NCBI GenBank assembly: GCA_951406725.2
Contig: OX597835.1
Coordinates: forward strand, 36,270,001-36,334,000
DNA: 64,000 nt
Direction of reading: 5' to 3'
Source: Octopus vulgaris
Taxonomy: Eukaryota
Shown piece by piece: positions 13,427 through 28,040 of this stretch (position 1 is its first letter; each line of letters opens with the position of its first letter). The notes beneath the pieces were generated by a model. That model was not told the DNA's origin and ran no database searches. It saw only the letters and a list, made by a program, of their open reading frames with translations. The position numbers were made by a program, and so were the translations under genes.

Positions 13427-13681
13427 TACAAAATACAAATATATAGGTGTATTCCAGAGATTTTAAAACTTTTTTAGAAGAAGCTGTTATAACTGTCCTA
13501 GATTGTTGCAATTTTAGTTTATCATTATTATGCATCTGATAAGCTGACCAACCAACTTTTGTCATTCCAGATTGATGGAGACGGCGGTAACAAGATTTGG
13601 GATACATCCTGCCTGCTAAAGCTTGTTTCTCACAACTGACTAGTGTACAGAGTGCTGTCGGGACGTGAATACAATTTTGTG

Positions 13682-13980
13682 TGGAGGCACATGGCCAAGT
13701 GGTTAGAGTAGCGGACTCGCGGTCGAGGGATCGCGGGTTCGAATCTCAGACCGGGTGATGTGTGTGTTTATGAGCGAAACACCTAAGCTCCACGCGGCTC
13801 CGGCAGAAGGTAATGGCGAACTTCTGCTGACTCTTTCGCCACAACTTTCATTCTTTCCTCCTGCACCTTGCAGCTCACCTGCGACGGACCGGCGTCCCGT
13901 CCAGGTGGGGAACCTATAGGCCAAAGAAACCGGGAAACCGGCCCTTATGAGCCATGCGTGGCTCGAGAAGGAACAAAACA
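13682..13980 (+). mobile_element. tRNA-derived SINE family A (tail type 1)
   Basis: Close match to 7332-7643 over its full length, with A and B boxes. Confidence 0.92.
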
Positions 13981-14290
13981 AATAACCTTTTGTGTTGAAC
14001 TGGGAAAAAACACTAAAGAAGCATATGAAATGTTCCAGATTGCTAATGGATTAGCTTTATGAGCTGAGCATCTGGTTTTCGCTAGCACAAGAAACAGAGT
14101 GTTGAATGGAAGCATTCTGGCCCTTCCTGGCCCAAGAAAGCCAGACAAAGCAAGTACACTGGGAAGCTTATAATAATCCCCTCTTACGACAGTAAGGGCA
14201 TCTTCATACCCTGGATTCCTTCTGGTCAGACGGTCAACAAATAGTACTTTGTGAGGGGTTTTGAGGACGTTCATGAAGATATTTTGCGTG
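13981..14290 (+). pseudogene. Mariner transposase relic
   Basis: ITFCVELGKNTKEAYEMFQIA (mariner N-terminal HTH) and WIPSGQTVNK*YF (the GQTVN..YY motif). Confidence 0.75.
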
Positions 14291-14480
14291 TGTGTGAGAG
14301 AGAGGGAGGTGTATAGGAGGAAGGAAGAGAATGAGAGAAGGGAAAACACGCCTCATATTCCACCAGGGCGACAACAGTCTGGGATTTGAAAGAGGGAAAT
14401 CTGAAATAATAGGGAGCTAAATAAAACAGATTTCATCTTTGCCCTACCCCCATCTCCTTAATCAAAATTCGATTTCAAAT

Positions 14481-14696
14481 TTCAATAGTTTTGACTCTGT
14501 CCGTTACTGCGTTCCATTTTTTTGTGTGTGCATGTGTGTGGGTTAGTGTGTGTGTGTGCCTACATACATACATACATACATACATACATACATACATACA
14601 TACATACATACATACATACACTAACCTACACACATGCGCACAAACAAAAAAAACGGAACGCAGTGTGATTAACGGACAGAGTCAAAACTATTGAAA
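14481..14696. repeat. Inverted repeat (~45 bp arms) enclosing a GT/TACA microsatellite
   Basis: ttcaatagttttgactctgtccgtta...ctgcgttcc versus ggaacgcag...taacggacagagtcaaaactattgaa. Confidence 0.8.
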
Positions 14697-14962
14697 AGGT
14701 TGCACGACGCAGCCAAAATTTTAGAAAAATAAAAAAGAAATAAGCGGAAATTTTACCGGTGAGTGTGTTAATTTATAAGGCAACAAAACAAAATGACTCT
14801 CCCCAAACACAACAGTGTATATATATGTATACATATATATATAAACAATAAATTAAATAGAGAAATACAAATGATAATCCAATAATCTATATATTTTAAA
14901 ATATAAAATAATATATACTATGAATATAATATAACATAAATAATTATTAAAAACCTAAAAAA

Positions 14963-15048
14963 GCCAACAATTTGTTTCGACTTAAATACATTTTTGATAT
15001 ATAAACAATGCAATTAATTTATATATAAGTCTCATTAGGGCAATTGGT
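14963..15048 (-). ncRNA. Degenerate hammerhead-like motif (Penelope-like)
   Basis: Minus strand: gccCTAATGA-gactta...taagtc-GAAAC-aaattgttggc. The core has CUAAUGA instead of CUGAUGA. Confidence 0.45.
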
Positions 15049-15183
15049 ATGTAAATAGAGGAAATTCCGTCTGAAAGAATTGCTGGATTGTAAAATACTT
15101 AATTCAAATGTTTATGTATTATGAGCGTGAGCGTTAGCCATTCAACTACAGTTGTTTGTTATCTTATACATATATGTGTGTGT

Positions 15184-15287
<104 letters not shown>

Positions 15288-16104
15288 TTGAAAAGGAACA
15301 CACGAGCTGATATATATGGAAAAAAAAGGTCAAGGTAGAAAATGCTAAAATAATTATATAAAAAACATTTCAGTACCGGTTCCAGCCATTGAGACTTTAT
15401 CAAGTGTAAGTATGGAAAACAATTAAATTTGAGAAAAATTAAAAGAAAAGATTTTTAAAAGAATATTTGTATAGTATTCAAATACAAGTGGCATTTTCCT
15501 TGTTTCTGCCTGGCTCTGTCTCTCTTGTTTACTCTTGTGGCTTCGAGGTCGTTGTGAATTCTTGGTAGGGAAGAAGAAGAAGGAGGAGGCGGAGAAGAAG
15601 AAGAAGAAGAATGCGGGAGTGCCATGATAGTAATATGTTGAATGGTCAAGTGCCATGAAAGTGTCCCGTGGCGGATAGTAGTAGTGATTGATTTCTTGAG
15701 ACATCTCTTTTGAAGGTATTGTTTAAAATTTGCGTAGGTGTTATTCTAAACCGCAATAGTGGCAAAGTTAGTAAGGAGGTGGCGGAGCGGAAGAAGACGC
15801 CTATATATATATATATATATATTATTTATATTATTTATATTATTATGTGATTGAACGCCACGCATCCATTTCCAAGTAGGTTTATCTTAATCTTTCTACT
15901 ATATACTCGCGCTTTCTCTAATTCCTTTTCTTTCTCCTCTTTATCGTTTCCAATCTGTCTCTCTCCCACTCTTTCTCCTTTACTTTCTATTGCTGCTCAC
16001 ACGTGACCATCGTCCATCTTTCTTTTCCTCATGTGATCATCTTTCTTTTCTTTCAGGGCCGTCGTATGGACTGGACGTATCCTATCCCTCTCTTCTATCT
16101 TTTC

Positions 16105-16620
16105 TTGTAAGTGGATTTGGTAGACTGAAACTGAAAGAAGCCCGTCGTATATATATTTATTAATTTATTTATTTATATATATGACGCATAAGTATCACAA
16201 AAACTGTTACTCAGAATTTCACCTTCCCGTTCGTCGGACGAACGGGAAGGGTAAACTCTGATATTTTTGTGATATTTTTGCTGCATTTTAATAAATATTT
16301 TAATAAATTATATTACTCTACCTCTGGTATTCGAGTGCAATTTTTTCCACTAATGTTTCGCATTTATTTACTTACTCATGTATATATATATGTGTGTGTG
16401 TGTGTTTGTGTGTGCGCTTTAGTACCTGTTTTTTCCTCCACCATCGCCTGACAACCGATGTTGGTGTGTTTACCTCGCCGTCATTAGCGGTGTGGCAAAA
16501 ATAGACCGGTAGAATAAGTACGAGGCGTACAAAGAATAAGTCGTGGAGTCGATTTGTTTCGACTGGTGCTCCAGCATGGCCGCAATCAACTGCCTGAAGC
16601 AAGTAAAAGAATAAAAGAAT
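16105..16620 (+). mobile_element. SINE family C copy split by a palindromic insert (~16180-16380) in its central (TA)n
   Basis: gtggatttggtagactgaaactgaaagaagcccgtcgta lies before the insert and catcgcctgacaaccgatgttggtgtg...ccagcatggccgca after it. Confidence 0.75.
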
Positions 16621-16680
16621 AACTAAAAGTATGTACACTAATATTCGCTGTTCCCTTTACATATATATGTATATATATAT

Positions 16681-16734
<54 letters not shown>

Positions 16735-17174
16735 ATATATGTGTATATATGTATATATATATAGATATACATACATGAATCTTAAATTATACATACACAC
16801 ACACCAACACACAGATACACACGTGCGCACACGCACAAGCAAATACATATCCATCCTCCTGAAATTCAGCAGACAATGGATCATTCTATCTACCTATTTA
16901 CCTCGCGATTTGTCCGTCTCGCCCTGTGTCTCTATCTCGGAATATATATATGTGCACTTAGCAAGATGTCCGTCTATCTGCAAATGGAGCCGTATAATAT
17001 ACACAACGGCCATCTTGCTGCGTGAGACGTTCTACAGTTTTAATTCCCTGTTTGTTTTTGGTCACATGATCGGCCGAGAGGTCTTTGCGTGACTTCATCG
17101 CTGACACGCAACATTCTCCCTGCTTACAACCACCGTCTTTTAACTAGCAAAACGCTGCGTATATATATATATTC

Positions 17175-17228
<54 letters not shown>

Positions 17229-17390
17229 GTATGTTTGTAGGCATGTATGTATGTATATGTGTGTGGGTGTGTGTATATATATATATAGACACACATATAC
17301 ATACATATATTCGTATATACGTATATGTATGTATATATACATAGACACATACACTCATCAACACATATGCACGCACACATATACACACAT

Positions 17391-17449
<59 letters not shown>

Positions 17450-17500
17450 AGAATATATATATTTGTGGCTTGACCTGCAATATGGGTGTGTGCATGTTAT

Positions 17501-17531
<31 letters not shown>

Positions 17532-17551
17532 CACACACACGCGCGCGCGCG

Positions 17552-17627
<76 letters not shown>

Positions 17628-18184
17628 AAGAGAGAGAGGGAGAGAGAGACACACACACACACACGGTGCACCCAATCACGCAATTGAAAAGACACACTAA
17701 ACGATCCACTTTCGATTTTATTCTATTCCTTCTTACCTCATTCTACTTTCCTTCTTTTCTTCATTCACACACAACCACCGCCACCACCACCACCCATCTT
17801 TCCTCCCTTTCACTCCCAAGTTTCTTCCTCTCTTATCTCCGCTTCTTTTTCTTTTCACCTTCTTGCTTTCTTTATTTATTTTTCTTCTTCTATTGTCGTC
17901 ATCATCATCATCGTCTTCTTTTTTCTTCTTTTTCACGGATCTATCGCATACTCACACATACACACACAAACACTCACACTCATACATACGCACAAACGCG
18001 CGCGCACACACACACACGCACACATACATACATACATATATCTGTCGCTTTCTAGAATCAGCTCTTGGTTTTCAATTGGTTCATTCAACCACCCTTTTGT
18101 TTGTGAATGTGTGTGTATGTATATGCATACAAACATTCAAACATATACACACACAGACATATATGTGTATATATGCATGTGTGC

Positions 18185-18227
<43 letters not shown>

Positions 18228-18256
18228 CATACATACATATACGTATATATACATAT

Positions 18257-18355
<99 letters not shown>

Positions 18356-18360
18356 CATAC

Positions 18361-18427
<67 letters not shown>

Positions 18428-18665
18428 CGAAACGTAGAGTAGCCGAAACAGGGACAACTGAAGAAGGGGAATATTCCTTGTGTTGTGTGTCTTGTACTTT
18501 GTTTTTTCGTTGTTTGAACAAAAAGTTCGTTTCTATGTTTTTGTTTTTATGTTTTCGTTTCTCATTGTGTTCAAGGTATTTTTTTTTGTGTGTCCTGCAC
18601 ACATATATGCATGTATATATACGCATATATGTATGTCTATATGCATATGTTTATATGTTATTTTG

Positions 18666-18717
<52 letters not shown>

Positions 18718-18929
18718 GTATAGATCTACGTATACACACTTATATTTACATGAGTATGTGTGTGTGTGTGTGTGTTGGTGTGTGTCAGTATGAGCATATG
18801 TATGTCTGTGTGTATATGAGAGTGTGTGTTTGTGTGTGTGTGTGTTTTGTTCACTTTCGCTTACAGACTTCACCTTTCTTTAGAATTACGGGGTACCCGG
18901 AATGGGTGGAGAAAGAAAAATGCGGAGAC

Positions 18930-19066
18930 GAAGAAAGAAGAAGAAGAAGAAGAAGAAGAAGAAGAAGAAGAAGAAGAAGAAGAAGAAGAAGAAGAAGAAG
19001 AAGAAGAAGAAGAAGAAGAAGAAGAAGAAGAAGAAGAAGAAGAAGAAGAAGAAGAAGAAGAAGAAG
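18930..19066. repeat. (GAA)n microsatellite
   Basis: Near-pure GAA tract. A similar tract lies at ~43731-43842. Confidence 0.97.
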
Positions 19067-19884
19067 ATGGCAAAGAGCGAATGTGATGAAGGATTTTTAA
19101 AAAGGAAAAGAATGAAATAAAGCGAGAAAGGAAAGAAAGAAGAAAAGACTCGATGAATGAATGATTAAGTGAATGAAAAATTTATAACGTTTCTTTCTGG
19201 TATTTACTATGGTCATCGATAGGTGGCGTTGATGGTGATATGATGGCGGTATTGATACGACCGTTGTTAGCGCTCGATATCTTGGTGGTGATGATGATAG
19301 ACGCTGGTGGTGTTTGCGGTGGTAGTGGTGGTGGTCATGGTGGTGGTCGTCGTGGTGGTTGTGGTGGTGACTGTCATGGTGTGAGAGGTGGGTGGCTAGT
19401 AGCGCTGATGGTATTGCAAACGATGTGCGACTGCTGGTTGTGGTGGTGGTGGTGGTGGTGGTGGTGGTGGTGGTGGTGGTGGTGGTGGTGGTGGTGGTGG
19501 TGGTGGTGGTGGAGGTGGTGGTGGTGATGGTGGTGGTGGTGGTGGTGGTGGTGTGGTGGTGGTGATGGTGGTGGTGGTGGTGGTGGTGGTGGTGATGGTG
19601 GTGGTGGTGGTGGTATGGTGATGGTGATGGTGGTGGTGGTGGTGGTGGTGATGGTGGTGGTGGTGGTGGTGGTGGTGGTGGTGGTGGTGGTGAGGGGTTT
19701 GAAACTCATCTCGTTATTTATACTTCCCTATTATTCGACTCTGCTGTCGGTTCTCATTCTTCATAATCATCATCATCATCATCTTCAGCAGCAGCAGCAT
19801 CACCTTATTTCTTTTATTTTGTTTGTCATCTATACATTTTCTTCCTATTCTTGTTCTACATGTTGCTGCTGCTGCTGCTGCTGC

Positions 19885-20259
19885 TTGTTTGTTTGTTTGT
19901 TGAGCGAAGCGGTCTTCGTCCCATTAGTGGGAGAAAACCGAAACGCGACCCTTTGCCATTCGTAAGACCCGCAGAAGAGAAAGCAGGTCAACCCCCGACA
20001 CCGAGAGCATCGACGGATTGATGAATGCGCATCCAGGCTCAGCGGTTGCGTAGGAAGTCGGGGACAAGAAACAAGAAGAAAGAGTGAGAGAAAGTTGGAG
20101 CGAAAGAGTACAACAGGGGTCGCCACCACCCCTTGCCGGAGCCTCGTGGAGCTTAAGGTGTTTTCGCTCAATAAACACACACAACGCCCGGTCTGGGAAT
20201 CGAAACCGTGATCCTCCGACCGCGAGTCCGCTGCCCTAACTACAGGGTCATTGCGCCTC
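19885..20259 (-). mobile_element. tRNA-derived SINE family A (tail type 2)
   Basis: Same head and core as 7332-7643 (gcagcggactcgcggtcg...acctaagctccacg...caactttctctcactctttc) with an unrelated 3' tail ending in (CAAA)n. Confidence 0.88.
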
Positions 20260-20938
20260 GTGTTATTGCTGTTGTTATTGTTGTTGTCATTGTCTTACAT
20301 TACTAAATCCATTTATTGCAGTTTAGCAAGGGCCCTCTCCAAGCAGACATGATCCAAGACATTCCAGCGATGGCCATCCAATTTTCTTCCTTCCCTACGC
20401 TAAGGGATCCAAGATCTCAGAAACCAGATCCCAGGACCACTTTCACCAAAGAGCATCCTGCCAATCCCTATTTCCGTTATGTCTCTGAAACGGAACGATG
20501 TGACTTCAGGAGAGGATTGTCTACCATTTCTTGCAGCCCATGCGGACCATATAGAAACTCCATTCACGCATAATTGCATTTGATGGTGGTGGCGGCGGCG
20601 GCGGTGGTGGTGTTGGCGGTGGTGGTGGTGGTGGTGGTGGTGGTGGTGGTGGTGGTGGTGGTGGTGGTGTGGTGGTGGTTTGTGGTGGTGGTGGTTTGTG
20701 GTGGTGGTGGTGGTGGTGGTGGTGGTGGTGGTGGCGGCGGCGGTTGTGGCGGTGGTGGCGGCGGCGGTCGTGGTGGCGGCGGCGGCGGTGATGGCCGCGG
20801 CGGCGGCGGCCGCGGCGGTCGTGGTGGTGGTGGCGGTGGTGGTGATGACGATGCTACTGCTGATAAGGATGATGGTGATGATCATGACGATGACGATGAT
20901 GGTGATGACGACGATTATGCTAATGATCATAATGACTG

Positions 20939-20986
<48 letters not shown>

Positions 20987-20989
20987 GAG

Positions 20990-21031
<42 letters not shown>

Positions 21032-21289
21032 CGAAGACAACACCGACGATGATGACGTTATTGTTATTACTGATATTGCCGTTAATTACGTCACTTTTTT
21101 TGTTTTGTTTTTTGGAACCACTGTAATTACTGTTGTTGTTGTTGCTGTTGTTGTTCAATTATAATTGTTACTGTTGCTGTTGTTGTTATTGTTGATGTTG
21201 TTGTCGTCATCATCGTCGTCGTCGTCGGTCGTTTCACGGTCTCACTGATGCCCTGAGTTGTCTTTTCGCTGACTTTTCGGCCCAACTTT

Positions 21290-21523
<234 letters not shown>

Positions 21524-21528
21524 TATTA

Positions 21529-21579
<51 letters not shown>

Positions 21580-21603
21580 GTGTGTGTGTGTCTATGCTTG
21601 AAT

Positions 21604-21641
<38 letters not shown>

Positions 21642-21887
21642 TGTTGTTGTTGTTGTTGCTGTTGTTGTTGTTGTGTTTAGGTGACTCTAACCAAAAGAGA
21701 CAAAATGTGCGTGATAGCTCCACAGTTATAACTGTCAAAGCTGTCTTAGCTTGTCAGCCATAATACATACATACACATACATACATACATGCATATATAT
21801 ACATATACACACATATATATACATATATATATACATATATATATATATATACACATATATATATACATATATATATATATACATATG

Positions 21888-21925
<38 letters not shown>

Positions 21926-21993
21926 CATATACATATATATGTGTATATATATATAGGTATATATATATATATGTGTGTGTGTGTGTACGCGTG

Positions 21994-22032
<39 letters not shown>

Positions 22033-22673
22033 CTGTAGCCATGGACAAATGGAGATGACAAAATTATGCTCAGTGAAGAATCTCCACTAATTACCAATCC
22101 GGAAGCTTGCCATTAGCTCGCTATTACAGTCGGAACATGAACGCATCCGTTTACTGCTTGCAGCCGCCGCCAGGGCGCGCTCCTCTCGCGGACAATTACG
22201 TTTAATTTGATGCTAATTATTTCATTTGAAACTTTACTTTCGTGACTCACGTGTGTTTTCTTTTAGATGTGATCGCTTCACCATTCATAACAATTGCTGT
22301 AACCAGATCTTCGTTATTTCGGATCCGGTGAAAGAGCTTAAAGCAGTATTCAGGCGCCCGCTTGGGCCAATCGTGTCTTCTCAATTAGATCACTAGATTT
22401 CTCTTTCTCTAGTTGTCTCTCTCTCTCTTTCTCTCTCTATCTCTCCCCGCCTCTCTCTCTCTCTATCCATCAATCACACTATCTCTTTATTCTCAATTTT
22501 TCTGGTCTCTCATTCATTTAGTTCTTCTCTCTCTCTCTCTCTCTCTATCCGTCTCACACATACATACTCTCACGCACATATACACACGCATATAGTCACT
22601 ATCTCTCTCTCTCATATTCTCACGTTTTTCTCCTTTTATTTTTTGCTCTCGCTCTTTCAGGTAAACTCCCTTC

Positions 22674-22709
<36 letters not shown>

Positions 22710-23075
22710 TTCTCTCCAACCTTTCTCTTTCTCACACATACACACACACATACATGCACGCACAAGCATACACACACCTGAACGGCACCCATGCAATTCC
22801 CATCTCTCCGTTTCTCTCTCTCTGCCTCTATCTCCGTATGTCCCTCTCCCTCTCTCCCTCTGGCTCCCTAACCCCTCTCTCTCTCCCTCAGTGTTACTTA
22901 CTCTCTATTATTCATTCCCTCTCACTTTCCCTCGCACTTTCCTACTCTTCACTCTCCTTCTCACACGCAGATTCTATTCACATCTATCTCCATCTCTCAC
23001 ATTTCCTAATTTTCCTCATAAGCTTTCTCTGTCCACGTCTCCTTCAATTATTTCTTAGACTTTCCTCTTTTCTTT

Positions 23076-23118
<43 letters not shown>

Positions 23119-23276
23119 TTCTTCTACCCACATCTTCTTCTTCCATCCTCTCTCTCCCTATTTAATTCTTCGCTTCTACCTGGTTCGTTTCTATCTCGTC
23201 TTGCACGCCACATCAGATAACTGGGTAACTGACGGAAAAAACAGAAAAAGAAGGAAATTAAGACTTAGAGAGACAT

Positions 23277-23327
<51 letters not shown>

Positions 23328-23530
23328 GGGACGGAGAGAGAACGAGAGGCTGAGTAGACGGTGAGGAATCAGAATCACGAACAAATATGGAGTGACAGAA
23401 CGCGGGTCGACAACCAAATACACGTGTGCATGCATTTATGTGTGTGTGAGTGTGTGTGTATGTATGTATGTGTGTGTTTGTATATGTGTGTGTACGTGTA
23501 TACACATCCCTATGTATATATATGAATCTC

Positions 23531-23562
<32 letters not shown>

Positions 23563-23606
23563 TGTGTATGTACGTGTATACACATCCCTTTGTATATATG
23601 TATCTC

Positions 23607-23638
<32 letters not shown>

Positions 23639-23687
23639 TGTATGTATGTATGTATGTATGTATGTATGTGTATGTACGTGTATACAC

Positions 23688-23718
<31 letters not shown>

Positions 23719-24169
23719 TGTATGTATGTATGTATGTATGTATATATATATATATATGTATATGAGAATGTCTCTATAAATTTACCTATTGATGTATATA
23801 GGCATCTACGTGGACGGAAATATATATATAAGATAATAACAAATAGATACAGACTTCCGTAAAGGTATACATAACCTATGTACAATACATACGTTTATAC
23901 ACGCACACACATACATAATACATCCATACATACATACACACATACACACACACATATATACATACATACATATATACATACATACATACGTACATACATA
24001 CAAACATACATACATACATACATATATACATACATACATACATACATACATACATACATACATACAAACATACATACAGTCAGACAGACATACATACATA
24101 CATACATGCACACATACATATACACACATATATACATATACAGGGATATATCTGAATGTATGCGTGATT

Positions 24170-24234
<65 letters not shown>

Positions 24235-24366
24235 TATATACACGTGTATGTGAGTATCTATGCATGTATACATGTTTATATATTATATATCATATACATA
24301 CATACATACACACACACACATATATACATATACATGGATATATCTGAATGCATACGTGATTATACT

Positions 24367-24411
<45 letters not shown>

Positions 24412-25701
24412 GTGTGTGTGTGTGTGTGTATGTATGTATACATGTTTATATATTATATATAATATATGAGTACATGCGTTTGTGTGATTCTTTTTGTTTG
24501 TATATGTATGTGTATGTATATGCGTATGCGTGTATGTGTGCATGTATATATGTTTGTACGTGCACGTACGTGTGTGTGAGTGTATGTGCATGTGTGTGTG
24601 CGAGTGTGTACGGAAATTCGAATCTAAGAAGAAAGAGAAGATGGAGCCATACAGTGATAAAGTTGAAGAGGGAAGCAGGAAAGGGAGGTAAGCGAATCCT
24701 TTAATAGTGTGGATTACATAAAGAAACAGAGAGAGGGAGTGGAAGTCGGAGATTTTGGAGACAGAGGGGGGAGAGGAGGAGAGCGAATGTGAGAGAGGGA
24801 AGGAGGGAGTAGGAAGAGAGAGTATTTAAAGAAGAGAAGGACGTTAACACAGATATCTTAAATGACACAGATGCATGTGTATGTATATCTATATATGTAA
24901 CTGATAGTTTGAATGTTTGTGTATATGTGTGGATGTATATGTGTGTGTGTGTGTGCCTTGGTGCGAGTGTGTGTGTGCGTGTGTTTGTGTGTGTTTGTGT
25001 GTGAATGTGTATGTATTTATGTGTGGAAATACAGAGCGTATATATGGGTATGTGTGTGTGTGTGAATGTGTATGTAACTGGAAAGATAGAGTGTATATAT
25101 GTGTACATGTGTGTGCGTGTGTGTTTGTGTGTGTGTGTGTGTGAATGTGTGTGTATTTATATGTGGAAAGGGAGTGTGTATATGTGTGTAACGCATGTGT
25201 ATGTCTGTGCGTGTGTGTGTGTGAGCGTATGGATGCGTTTATATATCGAGTGATAGGGAATGAGACAGAGCAACATATGCCTACATACGGATACACACAC
25301 ATACGCGCACACACACTTACATACTCACATACGTACACACACGCACATGCACACACATACTCACACACAAGTGCGCACACACATACGCAAAGGATGAGAG
25401 AAACGGCATAATTTAAGAATAAAGGTTCACGTTACAACAAAGACTCTTATATTCTTGTGTGACAGTTTCAAAAAAAGGTTATCGCTGTTTGTTTTATACA
25501 TGTATGTGTGGTGTGTGTGTGTATGAGTGTACGTGCGTGTGTGTATGAGTGTACGTGCGTGTGTGTATGAGTGTATGTGTGTGTGCGTACGTGCGTGTGT
25601 GTGCGTGTGTATATATGTATGCATGTATGTATGTGTGCCTATTTATTTGGATGCATATACTTATGTGTGCATATACTATCTCTCTATATATATCTCTCTC
25701 T

Positions 25702-25746
<45 letters not shown>

Positions 25747-25818
25747 ATATATATAGATAGAGAGAGAGAGAGGTAGATAGATAGATAGATAGATAGATAT
25801 GATAGATATGATAGATAA

Positions 25819-25916
<98 letters not shown>

Positions 25917-26047
25917 GGATGGACAGACGGACGGAGGACAGACGGACACACACAGACATACAGACAGACAGACAGATAGATAGATTTACGTATACGTGAA
26001 TATTTCTTTTGTAAGTGTACATATATGTATTTTGTGCATTTGTGGTA

Positions 26048-26079
<32 letters not shown>

Positions 26080-26620
26080 AGAGAGACGTATGTGTAATCG
26101 TAAAGTTAGGTGTGTGCTTTCGGTGAATAGAGTCTGTGCTGCTACTGATGAATGCGTGAAGGTGAGTTTGTATGGAGAAGAGGTGCCAATGGTTAACCAA
26201 AGCAGTGTGGGAAAAAGTTAAAGGAGAGTTAGGGACCCGGATGAAAGGATAGTGGGCAATAATGTGGGAGAAGTGAGAGGAAAGATATCAGAGGGAGAAA
26301 GGTGGGGGGATGACGTTGGGAAAAGGAGAAAGATAGAGAAGAATAGAGAAAGGGGAAGAGGAGATATGTGAAAGACGAGAGGTCAAAGAAAGAAAAAGAA
26401 GGATAAGCAAAAAGAGAGAACGGGGTCGATGGGAGAAAGAGTGAGAAGTGAAAGAAGGTAAAGTGTGAAATTGAGATATATAGAAAGAGAGACTTGTAAA
26501 AGAGGCTGAAAGGGAAAAGGATGAGAAAGTAGGGAGAATAAAGATGGCGGGTGGTGGCGTGAAGCCCAAGGGTAGATAACTGTATAACTAGGGGCAGATA
26601 ATCATATACAAGTTTATCAT

Positions 26621-27050
26621 GCCTATTTGTTTACTTCCCACAAACACAGAGGAGACAAACAAGGACAGACAAACGGATAAAGTCGATTATATCGACCCCA
26701 GTGCGTAACGGGTACTTAATTTATCGACCCCGAATGGATGAAAGGCAAAGTTGAACTCAGAACGTAACGGCAGACGAAATACGACTACGCATTTCGCCCG
26801 GCTTGCTAACGTTTCTTATTTCTTTATTGCCCACAAGGGGCGAAACATAGAGGGGACAAACAAGGACAGACAAACGGATTAAGTCGATTATATCGACCCC
26901 AGTGCGTAACTGGTACTTAATTTATCGACCCCGAAAGTATGAAAGGCAAAGTCGACCTCGGCGGAATTTGAACTCGGAACGTAACGGCAGACGAAATACG
27001 GCTACGCATTTCGCCCGGTGTGCTAACGTTTCTGCCAGCTCGCCGCCTTC
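26621..27050 (-). mobile_element. Tandem dimer of SINE family B inside one 15-bp TSD
   Basis: Two head-to-tail copies (about 26624-26815 and 26816-27048). TSD atacaagtttatcat at 26606-26620 and 27051-27065. Confidence 0.88.
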
Positions 27051-27869
27051 ATACAAGTTTATCATCCCATTGAACGGACGTGAGGATAAGGTAGATAGAA
27101 ATAAAATTAAGTGTGTTAGAGGGAGTGTACGAGATATACAATAATTGACTTAAGCGAGCAGATCTGTAATCAAAGACATTCCTTCTCTGACTATCCCGTC
27201 TATTTTCTCAACAAGTTTTCCCGGATTATATAACGTCTTCCTTTTTTAGGCGGTATATTGTGGTTTGAGGGAGATTTGGTTGCTATTTCTCCTTCTAACA
27301 AATGGTTTCGTAACGTTAAGTAAGTGGCGATTAGCGTGTAAGTTTAAGAGCAACAAGTTAGGAGTGAAATGTTACAGAACTGCTAAAAAAGACTCTAAAT
27401 AGGATGAAATATTTTTTAGTTATATTTGGCTGCTATTTCCATCCTCTAATTGCTTTCGTAACCTTAAACAAGAGGCGATAAAAATCACAAGTGATCTGTG
27501 TTTAAACTTCACGATTAGCTAACTGAATCTTTTTAGTTTTTTGGGGTTTTTTTTACCTATTGACCCCTTAAACCTTAAATCCTTAAAAATGTTTCAGCCC
27601 GAAAGCTGCGGTCATGCTGGGGCACCGCCGTTGATTGTGCTACACTAGTACGTGAAACCCCTCTGATACGTGGCACTTGGTCAACGAGGGATTTCGACGC
27701 CGCTGCCCGCATCTGTGTTTCCTGCCGAGAGGTAGGCTCATCTGGAACCCCCTGACAAGAAGAGATCTGGTGGACCCTGGTGCTACTCAATGTTTAAAAC
27801 TAGTTTTATAGATACCTTTTCTCGAAATTCCTATTTCGCTTTTCACACATTCACCTGTGTAGGCTTGCA

Positions 27870-28040
27870 ATAGAACTCTCCGAGAGAACATGTTTCAGTG
27901 GCCAGAAACATGTTGAACTATTCCAAAAGTGACAAGAACTCTGGAACCGGTGAATTGCAGGCGCAAGGTGACTATTTCGGAGATGATGTTAAAACTTAAG
28001 TAAATAAGTAATTTTTCATTAAACATATCTAGTAAGGGAA
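27870..28040 (+). pseudogene. Mariner transposase 3' end relic
   Basis: FQK*QELWNR...AQGDYFGDD resembles the mariner C-terminal W..C....GDYFE motif. Confidence 0.5.
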
